Part shown: positions 13,278 to 25,200 of the stretch, in pieces
Layout: every line of letters starts with the position of its first letter
How positions within the stretch are numbered: position 1 is the stretch's first letter
Assembly (NCBI GenBank): GCA_965202585.1
Contig: OZ241827.1
Span: 57,846,001-57,910,000 of the forward strand
Direction of reading: 5' to 3'
Source of the DNA: Thalia democratica
Taxonomy: Eukaryota
Length of the DNA stretch: 64,000 nt
The notes under the pieces: model-generated
Databases searched by the model: none
Seen by the model: the letters and a program-made list of their open reading frames with translations, nothing else
What the model was told of the DNA's origin: nothing
Translations under genes and position numbers: made by a program

Positions 13278-16200
13278 GTGAGTTTGGCAGTTGATTTTAT
13301 TTTAACTGTTTGTTTATTTAAACGTAAAAATTTACATCTTGTAAAATAAGACTTTTTCTTTTGTAAAAGTTACACGGATGAACTAAATAATGGTCAGCTA
13401 CTTTTTTTATGGTTTTATTCGATAGCATGTTGTTACAGTAACTTTTTAGCTGTTTGATGCCAAAAATCATTCAGAGCCGACACTTTTAACCTTACCTTAC
13501 CCTCATTTATTAATTAGTTAAAGAAAACAAAAGGGTCGTGCAAGTTTAAAAGATGGTTTACAAACTTAAAAACGATTTAAGTTTCAAATATTATCTACAG
13601 TTTTCTAAACAATACGGTTATATATATATATATTTTTATTCTGTTTTGTCATAATAACTAAAAGCGAAAAATATTAACTACACCTATTTCAATAGCCATT
13701 ATCAAACATATCGGATAAAATAACTTGTTCAAACTATTGTTAAAGCAATTGAAATTTACTTAATTTAATATGCAATAAAAACTTCATTGAGCTACTGTTT
13801 TCCAAAGGCAAACATCGTATAAATTACACTCTACTTAAACAACTTACCATAAAAGCAAAGTTGTGTGCTTTACGTATTAAGTTTACTGGATGACTGGGCA
13901 TATATTTAATTTACTTCTACTGCTTCATTTCATCGTTCGAGTTGAAACGCAACAAGCTTACTAATTAAATTCAAATATTTGTCGAAACTGTTCTAAGTAG
14001 TAATTTGGCTAATCGCGCTTAGGAGGTATGTCATAATTAACAAAACCCAAACTTTTTTTTTTAGAGCAGAGCTCAGCTGTGGCTTGCCAATAATAATATT
14101 TGAAATCTTAAACCACCGAAACCCAGCAAAACGTCCGATTAAAACCTTTTATTAAAGCGAAACATTTCAAGCATGTGTCTGAGCTCTGCTGAGGAATAGA
14201 ACAGCCGAGCTAGAATGTAATAAGCACCTTAAGTTAGTATATTTCCTGTTTTTTTTTCGCCGTACATTTGAGTTGTAAACTATTTCGTCATGTTTTAATG
14301 GGTTTTCATTTGTTACAAAGTGAAGGGCCATTTGGTCTGCGGCGTAAGTGCGGTGGCAAAAAAGGTATAATTTCATGTCATGAGCTGAAAGAAAATTGTT
14401 TTTGTGATGCTCCGAACAAAAGAAGCTGTCTAAACAGAGATTTGAAAAGATTTCCATCTGCTAAGAGTTTTCTATTGGTTTTGTTTGTCTAGTTCAATCA
14501 AGTTTAAATGTCTTTATTGAAATTATTTGTAGAGGTTATGTATTTTTTTTAAAAGTATGATGAAATTTGAAAACTTTCATATTTTTAACCAGTCATTTAG
14601 TAATAAAAAATAAACAATGGTAGCGTTGAAAAAGTATATTTAAAATATCTTTTACAACTAAAAAGTATTATCAATGTATAATTATGTATAATAAAGGAAC
14701 ACTTTAACAAATATCACACAATTTGTACATTAACCAGAAGTTTAGTGCTTTCTTTTTAGATAGTTAAAGTAAATAAGTACGGAAAAATAACTTTTATTTT
14801 TTACAAAAGTACAAAAATCAAGTAAAATTTTTGCACTGCAATTTCAAACTTGAAAACTCAATTCAGCTTCATTATGCTTGATTTTCTTTAGAAAACATGT
14901 AGTGTAGAAAAAACTGTTAGTGTAAATAAACCGGGAACGATATTGCAGAAGTTGCAAACGTTTACGGATTTTTTGCAAACAAAAAATAAAGTGTCCGATT
15001 GTCATTTAAACTTTTGAAAACCGTCGCTTAAAAAGTAAACATCACAGGCAAATTAGTACTTGTAGGTAATTGATGTTTGTTTATTTATTAACAAGCTTTG
15101 TTTGAAAAGTTATCGATTAATTGACTTATCTATTACAAAGCTTTTCATAAAGTATTATGTTAAAAAACATAACGAAAACAGAACTATTACCCGATTTTTT
15201 ATGCTTAAAAAACGGTTGCTAATCAACAAATTTAGTAAAAAATTTTACAGTTATAGTGCATAGGTTTTTTTGAGTATTAATTAGTTCTTTTGTATTTGGT
15301 AAGCTACTAAATTTAAAAACTACAAAATATTAAAATTTTGTTTACTTCAACATAACAAAAGTAAATAGTTGAGTTTCACGGAGCTGAAATTTATTTAAAA
15401 AAAAAATATATCTTCAACAATGAAATAACTTATTCAACCTGTATAAATATATTTTTACTCTTTTAAAGATGTTTTACAAAGTTAAGAACTTTTAATATTT
15501 TTCAACTAAGAATTTTATTTTAATACTCTTTTGATTAGACTAAGCTACTCTACATTGTTAAGCTAAATTAATATACCTTAAATTAAAAATAAAATAAAAT
15601 ACTTCGAAAAACTACGTTAAAAAATATTAATCCATAGCAAATAATCAAAACTTATTAATAATAACAATATAATCCACAGTAAAATTTTACGAATACAATA
15701 TCTTGTGTAGCTTTATCAATGATACTACAAGACGTTTGAAAAACAAAGTAACTAAATAAAATTCATAGTTCTGCAGAAGTTTAAAACTGGTAGACACGAA
15801 AAGAATGACTTTAATCAGTCTAAGTAGCAAAATAGAAAACTTTCTATTTTAATATCGGAGGCCAGTCTTACTTATACGGCACACCCTATATTTGACCGAT
15901 ACTTTGATGTTCAAATGACTTAATCGTAAATGCAATTAAACAAATACACCAAAGATTTTTTTACTTTTACTACCAGTTTCAAGACATTAAAGCACGTTCT
16001 GATAACAATAAAACTTTCAGCCTTAGATGTTAGAAACCATTAAACTGCAGTTGAAAGTACTAGCTTTATGATTTAATACCGTACTTAAAGTCTTTTTTGT
16101 AACTTTGTTGACATTTCTTAATACTTTTTATAACTGTTATACCTCTAAAACTTAGTACTTGAAAAAGATAGTTATTTAGTAGTGTATGAGTTTTGCATGA

Positions 16201-19200
16201 GCTACTAGAAATTTTTTTATATTTGTATAGAGTCTTTAAAAGTATTTCAATAAATTAGAAAATCGCATTAAACATTGTATGCGTATTGTGTACTAGTTAT
16301 AAAGCAAATTTTTTATCTAATACAAGTATTATTTGATTTTTGTTTACGATACTAAGATAGTTTAAGCTTTTTTACTTACATTTATATACTCAGGTTTTCT
16401 TATTTATGATTTTTAAGTTATGAAAATGGACAATATCATAAAAAACCGTTAGAAACACAGGCATTAATAACACAAAATTTATTTGTTTTTATTAAGCTTT
16501 AGCATTCCAAATTAAAAACCGTGAACTACTAATTACAAAAAAATATCATTTTAAAACTAATTAAACTGCTTTTTTACTGTACTTCACTTCTTACAACAAC
16601 CCCTTAAACTTTTTTCTTTCTTGTTTTAGTCGCAGTCGGCAAATTGAAACACACGATATCAGTTGAGAGTAGCGTCATTACAGAAGCCATAAGTAGCAGC
16701 ATGTCTCAGTTTAATAAAACAACAGACATATTATTTAAAACGTATCTTTAAACTTTTTTTTTCTAAATATTTTTTTAATATATAGCATTAAATACATATT
16801 TTGTTTTAAAAATTTCTTTTGTTACTTTGAGCATACTTACTAAAGTTCTTAAAACTACATAAAATTATATTAACTCAAGTATTAATGTTGATAATATTTT
16901 TGCAAACATTTAAAAGGTATTTTTTTAATTATAGACTTTGTTTAAAGATATTTAAACAAAACAGTTTTATTTTATAATTTAAGAGTTTTTTATTAATATC
17001 TAAACCTTAGAATTAACTTAATAAAAGCTTATAAAAATAAATTATAAATTTAATATGTATTATAAGATTAAAATAAGTTTAACCTTGGTTGTGGTTTTGT
17101 AAAGTATTTTTCTTTCTGTTAGCCATTAAAACAAAAACGTTTAAATTAGTTGAGCTTGTTTTACAATACTTTAAGCATAAATAATAGTAATATTTTTATT
17201 TTAAAAACTGAATCATGTACAACTTTTCAACAAAATATTTATTTTAAATTTCTGCTTAAAAAAAGTGTTGCTTTGAGTTAAAAGTTATATAAAAAAAAGT
17301 TAAAGTTTTTAAGTACTTGTTATACAAATTAATCTACAATTTGACAAAACCTTATGAAAAAATTTAAAGAGTAAAAAAAACATTAAAATAGTAGCTTTTT
17401 CGTCGAGACATGATGCTAGCCTGCATTTATAACAGAAAACAAAATAACTCATGTGTATAATTGTTGATAAAACAACTGATGCGTTTCGTTGTTTATAAAC
17501 ACATTACACTTTACAAATTGTTTTCGGCATTTCTTTTCATTGTAAACACAGTTTTACAAGCAAAATGTTTACTGAAAAACATTTTTACTTATCCTTTTTG
17601 ATTTGCATAATGTTTAACCGATAGATTATAAGTTACTAGAATTCCTAAAGTTAAAGTAAAAGATTAAAGAAACTGGTGTTAAGGTATGTATAGACAAAAA
17701 ATTACGTTTCCAGTTTTATATCAAGTTTAAAACACATACCTTTGGTCCAGACTTAAGTTTTTGCAGCAAGCTTCGCACAAATTTGACAGGTTTTTGACAG
17801 ACAGATCTAACAACACATGTTGCATTCGTCAAAATTTTGTTTCATGTCGACACTAACGCAGTTCCATGTGAAAATTACTTTTGCTTTGAGTGCAGCTACC
17901 GTTCCGTTGACAGAACGAAAAGAAAAATTGCAATTCGCGTCTCGGGTATACAAGAAAGTGCGAAGACACTTTAAGTAAAGTGCTGCTGTCACACCTCTAA
18001 ACCAACAAAACGTTTTCGAGCGACTGTTTGCCCGCTGACAGCTGTATTAGAAGTTGTCAGCTGTGCAAAAAAAATTTAATAGCCTTGCGCCTTTCGCTTT
18101 TCAACGAGTTTGTTGTACATGGGCGCGCGCACAAAGGAAGCCGTATTCAGCTCGGTATTACAATGTAAACTTGGAGTATATATTCAATTGTGATCGCGCG
18201 CACGGCTTATCGTGTAGAAGCCTCACGACAGCAGAAGAAAAATTTAAATTAAAAAAAATGATGGTTTACAAAAAAATGTTTACAAAAACTTTGTGTGTGT
18301 CTGCGAATTCTAAGAAGTCAGAGGCAGCTGTTTAACAAATTAGAAAACTTTATTTTTTTAAAAGCTTATTTTATTACCAAGTGGTTAGAACAATCTACTT
18401 TTTTACAGAGCTCAGAATGTTATGTATATATCAAGTGTAATTAATTTGAAAAAGCTTGTTTGTTATACTTTTATACTGCTGTATACGTCAGTACTTATGC
18501 ACAGCATACCAATTAGGTGAGCTTGAACTTAGTATTATGCTTAGTTTACGTTTTTATTGAGTTCATATACGTTTTTGCTTTAGAATTTTAGATATGATTA
18601 AACTTGTATATAATATTATAAACTTAAATAAATTTTTTTTGTTCATATATTTTTTATGTAGAAAATAAACTGATATGTTTTCTAATTTCTCTAAGCTGTT
18701 AAGGTAACATGATGTTTGCTCTTAATTATACAAAAATTCTTAATAAAAGTATACTGGTTTCCTAACAAACTTAAACTTACATTTAAGATTTAACAAGTTT
18801 TATTCTTAAGTTTGAGAAACTTAAAAGTTTAAAATAAAGTTGTCTTGTCTTTGAGTACTGAATTCCGAAAAGCTATTTGTCAGTGGCGTACTGAATGAAA
18901 GTACGCGTTAAGTTTGACCTATTAGCCCGTAATTAGTGTAACTGTCGATTAGCATATGTTAAAAAGCATTTGCAACCAGTAAATACTTAAATAATATGTT
19001 GTTGAAAAAAGTGTGTGTTTTTGAATATAAGCATGATACGATTTTCTAAGTTATTTTGTTTTCAATACAACTTATTATTTTAAAAGCCTTCCTTAACATC
19101 TAAGTGAACTATACTTCATAATAACATCTAACTTCTAACCTTTGAAGCATGATATAAATAAAGAAACAACAAATAAAACTTTTCCAAAAAAATTTCAGAT

Positions 19201-22200
19201 GGGAAGTAGGTCAGTACGGTTCGTGTTCGAAAATGTGCGGCAGAGGGATCAGAAAAAGATCTGTCACGTGCAAGTTCATGCCTGAAAATTCCACTCACCA
19301 CGTCACCAACGATGACGTCATGCCTGAAATCATGTGCCCAAACCCGAAACCTCAGTCGGTTGAACCTTGCGGGTTTGCCACCTGTCCCCCTGTCTGGATG
19401 AAGTCTGGTCTCGGGAAGGTTAGCTTTTAAAATGTTTTTGTATTTACGGCGAACAAAGCAAAAAACTTTTTGTTTTAAACCAAACTGATTGAAATTTTTT
19501 TAGTGTTCTGAGCAATGCGGCAATGGTTTTCGAGAAATTTTGTTCCTGTGCAAGCAAAGAACAGGAACGGGAAAACTCATTCAGGTATCGTCGAAGTTTT
19601 GTATCAAACAGAACAAACCGTATCGATTGACCAGGAGAAAGTGCAAAATTAAAGAGTGCAAACCGAAATTTACTGCAGAAAAATGGAGTGAAGTAAGTTA
19701 TATTATGTCAACTATATACTTTTTTATGTAAATCAGACACTACTTTACACGTGTTTTAGACTTGGTAATATATGCAATTCTTAGTGTAATAAATGTCTTT
19801 TAAAAGTATTACACTATATACATATGTATATAATATGGACATCTTAACAAAAAAAAAAGACTTTTTTATTTATCTGACGTTTGAACTATTTTCAGTATAG
19901 ACTGAAATCTAAAATTTTGAATATTTATATTTACTTATATTAAGCACAAACCCAATTCAAACATTATTTTTTTATTTTGAATGTTTTTTTTACATCGTAT
20001 GAGTGTTTAAATGTTGTTGTAATAGATTAATATATTATTTGATATTTAACATAACAAAAATTTATGTGTGAGACTAAAATTTTGATGCGTAAAAGCAATA
20101 ACCTTTTGAAGGGTAATAATATATTTTGTTTAACGGATGCTCGCTGTTTCAAATTCATATTGAAATGTCTTAGAATAAAAGTGCATTTATGGAATATTAA
20201 GCGAGATATAAGGTGCTCGTGAATATCAAGTAGCAACTTGTTAAACGTCTTAAAACCGTGTAGTCACATGCAGGAATGTCTTTGAACTTTCGCTAAAATT
20301 TCACCCGAATGTGAGGAATTCGCTGCACTTTGCCAGCCGAGCACTTGAGCAGGGAATGTTTGCTTTAGTACAGCTGCGCAAACTTTTTCTAATGTGTAAG
20401 TCCTTTATACGAGTGCTGTTAGAATCAACATAAACTTTTGAGATATTTTCAAATTGTAAATGCGCGATCGCAATAGCACTTGCTGAACAAAGATTTTAAG
20501 TCACAAGAGGTTTTGAGAAATAGTTTTCGGTTTAATTTAAATTTATGTGTATTTCGTGTTTAAGAAAATTTTCATCGTTTTTTAAACTAAAACTTTAAAC
20601 CCTGCTTTACCTATAATTCAAGCTTTGCGAATAAAAATATTAAGTAAATTACACTTAATTTGTTACACTTAATCTTAGCAACTGTTATTTTTCAAGATAC
20701 TGTCTAAATATTTTTCCTTTTTTTCGAGAATTTCAAACAAGTGAAACAATATTATAAAACCAAATCGAATAAGTTTTTGTTGTTCGTAACCATACTGCCA
20801 CAATACAGTTAATATAAGTATAAAAATACTAACCAACTTAAATGTTTAACAACAATAATAATATGATGATATGGTCTAACTATTTCTAATAAAAAAGAAG
20901 TAAGTACATGTTTTAATAAACTATAATAATTTTTAGTGCAAAGGCGACTTTTTGTTAATGACTCAAAGTTTTGCGAAAATGCACACTCAAATTCTTTATT
21001 TTTTTTAGTGCAAAGGCGACTGCACTAAGTTACGAAAAGGTTGGCAAACAAGAAAAGTTGTCTGCATGTACATGAAAAACGGAAATTGGCACAAAATTGG
21101 TGCGAAATCGAAATACTGCAAACACCTGAAAGTTCCTCCTCATAAAAGACGATGCAAAATGCAATGTCAGACGAGCTTAGGTAACTTTTCTCTTGTAATT
21201 AAAGACTTACAGCTTTCACTAAATTGAATGTTAATCAAAAATAAATATTTTCTTTAATTTCAATGTTTGTATAAAAATAGTTTACTTATTTGTTATTTCA
21301 CATTAAACACAGCTGCCACCAGGTATCCAAGTTTTAAAAGCAGAACTAGCATGTTTACCAACTTAAAACGATTTGATCTTAAAAATCCATCTTTCAAAGT
21401 AGTTGTGCAGAAGAACATCAGAAGTCAACCTCTTTACTTAACTCTGCCAGTTAAAGCTTTCGTTATTCCAGGAACAACAATAATTGCAAAATGTGGTCAA
21501 GAAAAGTAAGTTACTTGTTAAGTTTTGCACTAAAAATGCTAAAAACCAAGGCTACCAAGAATTTGTTTCAGACTAAATAGTTTAAACTGGGCTAAAGGTT
21601 TAAAACTTTTCCATTTTGTTTTGTTTTTACCTTTTGTAAATCATTAGTTTTATCAATTTCTTTTACAGCCTGAAAATTACTAATTAATTTTTATTTTAGT
21701 TTTTTAAACTGTTATATTAGATTTAGTTTAAAATCATTGAAATCAATGAAAAATAAACAGCTCAAAATTTTTTATTAGCTTTTTGTTGTGTTTTATCAAC
21801 CATTAACTCTAAAAATTAAGCAAAATTAACTCTTCGCTAGCTTGTAATAAAAGCATATTGTTAGCATACTAACTTAATTCAGTATGTTTTATAATAAGTT
21901 TACAAAATGTTTTTTTTTACAGCGGTAACAAAGCAAAAACTAGTTGGTTTTTTAATAAAAAGAGGATTGTTAGAAAGAGAGGTAAGATTATGATCACCAA
22001 AGATGGATACTTGAAGTTAAACAAATTTAAGTTTAAAAGAAGGTTACTGTTCAAATGCAGTACTGGAAGCAAACACGGCAGTGTGCTGTATTTACAACCT
22101 AAAAGTAAGTAAGTTGTTAATAACATTTTTTCATTGTAGTACGTTTGTTTAGTGCAAGTATTTTTCTTGTGTGCTCAAAAAAGATTACATTAACTAAAAT

Positions 22201-25200
22201 CACTAGTTTTGTTTAATAGAGAAAAAAACAAATGACAACTTATTATACTTGGAAATTATTTTTTTGACGATTTTCTGCTTTAATTTTGTTTTTGATTGTA
22301 AAAACACCTTTATCTTAAATATTCGAACGCGCAATTGCATCAGATCTGTGAAGTGTGGTGGTGGTGTTTTGATAAGTGTACCACAAAAGACGCATCACTT
22401 ACAGCCGATTTAAAGCGTTCTGTTGCTGTAAATAAACAAATTACCGTATAACGCTTTTAGTGTGATTTTAAGCGCTAACTTTGCGGCTCGTTGGTAAACT
22501 AAAAGCAATCTTTTTGTACTGCTGTCCGTCTTATCTAAACTGTATTATAATGATTTTTGTGCGGCTTTACACACATTGTACATTTCTATTGATTTTAAAA
22601 TCTACATAAAAGCAATTTAGTCTAATATTCAACGTAATTTTTTTCTTTTTCTTATCAAAGCTCTATTACTTTATGATAAACACAAAACAGACATAAAATA
22701 ACAGTTTAAAACAAAATTAATAAATGTTATAAAAAGCTCATATAAATAAGATTTTATTTGAGAAAACGGTACTTAGTATAATCTTGTAAACTTTATGCAT
22801 GCTTAATTAAAATAAAATTACTTAAAATAGTTTCTAAATTTTATGCGTTTTATATTATAAGAAACAAAAGTTTGAATACTACTTTTCTAAACGTATGCTT
22901 ATTTTAGAGACTCATAATGAAAAGCCTCATAGCTTGAACAAAATAAAACACAGTAAAGAAAAAATCAAAAGTAGTACAATCGTAAATAAGCATCAAACAC
23001 ATTTTCCTAAGAACGAGGTAAAATTCATTAATTGCAGTAAATTTTTGTATGTTTACTTGTTTACATTATTGTGACAGACTTTAGTTTTTTTAATTAAATT
23101 TGATTTTAGCCAAAAAAGCTTGCTGCTCTAACTAGAAGCGAAGTTAACGAAACTTTAAACGCGACTAGAATCAAACCTAAAAAGCACAAGCCCTACATTC
23201 AAAACGACTATAGTGTCATTGAAATTCAAGATATTTTTTCTGTCAAAACTGATATGTTCGGTTAGTACTTTTAAATATTCTATGGTCGTAAAGTTTTAAA
23301 GTATTTTGTTATTGATGTTTAACGTAAAATCCACAGTTTAAAGTTTTAAACATTAAAAATGTGACAGCACAATTAAGACTTTTAAAAAGAAATAAAAAAC
23401 TATAAATGTAAAAAAAAATCAGCATGTACAAACTTTATTTTCAGGTTACAGAGAACGAAAGCACCTTCCGTTGGACTCGAAACAATTCACTGTAGTTATC
23501 ACGACAACACCTCCCCCTACCGACGAAAACGGGGTGAAAAAGGCGCCATCTATCCGCGTTGCGCCGACTATCGACCCACTTCAATACAATGATGATGTCA
23601 TAGTCAACGTCGGAGGGTCGGTGGTGGTTGTTGGTTCGCGACGGGTGACCATTTTGTGCGAGGTTACAGGGGAATACCCTTTTGAGGTAAAATGGTTGAA
23701 GGACGGGCAAGAAATCAGAAACAATGACAGGTTTGATTTATTCCTCATACGTTTATTTAAGTTTTAGTTTGTCGTCAATGCTATGAACCTTAAATATAGT
23801 TTCATGCTGACAATTTTATTACACTTAAATATTACTTAGCTGAATTTCATGCAATTTTACTAAAATGGCAGAATAATCAAGCTCGGTGACGAGTCCCTGC
23901 GGATATTCAGACCTGAAACTTCGGACACGGGTAACTACGTTTGCGTGGCAACCAACCGGTGGGGAAGTGACAGCAGGTCAACATTGTTGTCAGTAACCAA
24001 CAAACCTACAATTCTGTCCACGACCAGAGATGTTGACGATTTTGTGTCCATGGACTTGACAGTGACAGTTGGGTCGCACGTCAGGGCGAGATTAGGGGCC
24101 CGAGTTGTTATCAGATGCCCGACTAGAGGTTAGTAAAGTGAAATATTATGTTTATCAATTCCACTAGAAATTCTAACACTCTTATTTAGTAATACGAATG
24201 ATTACTTTTAAGTTTTTTTTTTAAATAAAACAAGTCGGAAGACTACATTACTAAAAAATATATTTTAAGAAGTATTTTCTTTTTTATTCACCATAGTATT
24301 TGTTAATTTTTTTTTTATTAATTAATTTTTTTTTACTTAGAAAACTTACAAACTTTAAAAAATCGTAGAAAAAAATTCTATTTATACTAATATATAAATT
24401 AAAGTAGATTAATGACTTTTAAATTAGTTCTTACCAGCCCTTATTTAAGAAAAATTGTAACTTTTGATCATTTACATTTTCGTGTGAAAATTATATAGAT
24501 AATAATAAAATGATATAGCTCATAAAATCAGAAAAAAAAAATTTAATGTTTGATAACGAAACATTTAAAGAATGTTTTCAATTTACTTGCGCTAAAAAAG
24601 TTTATCTTGTCTGGTTGTACGTTATGTAAAATTAACTTATAAGAAATAAATTATATTGTAATTAATCAAAATCATATGCTTTATATTTATGTAAATGTAA
24701 TTACAAGCTTAATTAAGCTTAGTTTTATATTTGTTTTCGGAAAATTAATAAAAAATAATTGTATTGTTTTAAACCAGTGTTTCGCATATAAAACCCTTAC
24801 CATTAATTACAATTGATCTTTTGTGTTGACGATTCTGAATACTATTAAGAACTTAATTGAAAAAGATTTAATCAATATAAAAATTTCCGGTAGTAGTTAT
24901 GTAGCTATCCAAAAACTAATTGAAGTTTTTTTTTTTTACGATTAAAACTTTAAGAAAAAACCTTAATTGATAAAAATATAATTTCCGCTTTTTCTAATCG
25001 TTAAAAATGAATTAAAAAACTACTACGCAGTCAAATTTTAATATTTAAGTTTAAAAGTTATCGTTATCTCTGACTAAGTTTAAAATGTTGGAAAAATTAT
25101 CATAACAACTTATATACACAATAAGATATAACATCCACACTTTAATATAGATATATCTTTGTTGTAAAATTGAAAGTCAGAAAATTATACGAAACTAAAA

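Noticed and set aside
13485-13505. Telomere-like CCTTA repeats
   Set aside because: Only 2-3 imperfect units.
16630-16750. Possible extra exon in intron 1 (VAVGKLKHTISVESSV...)
   Set aside because: It would need phase 1 whereas exon 1 ends in phase 2, which gives a stop; an indel is present between the arms.
22333-22372. TSP1-like CIRSVKCGGGV peptide in intron 6
   Set aside because: The frame is incompatible with flanking exons and is disrupted in the right arm; probably chance.
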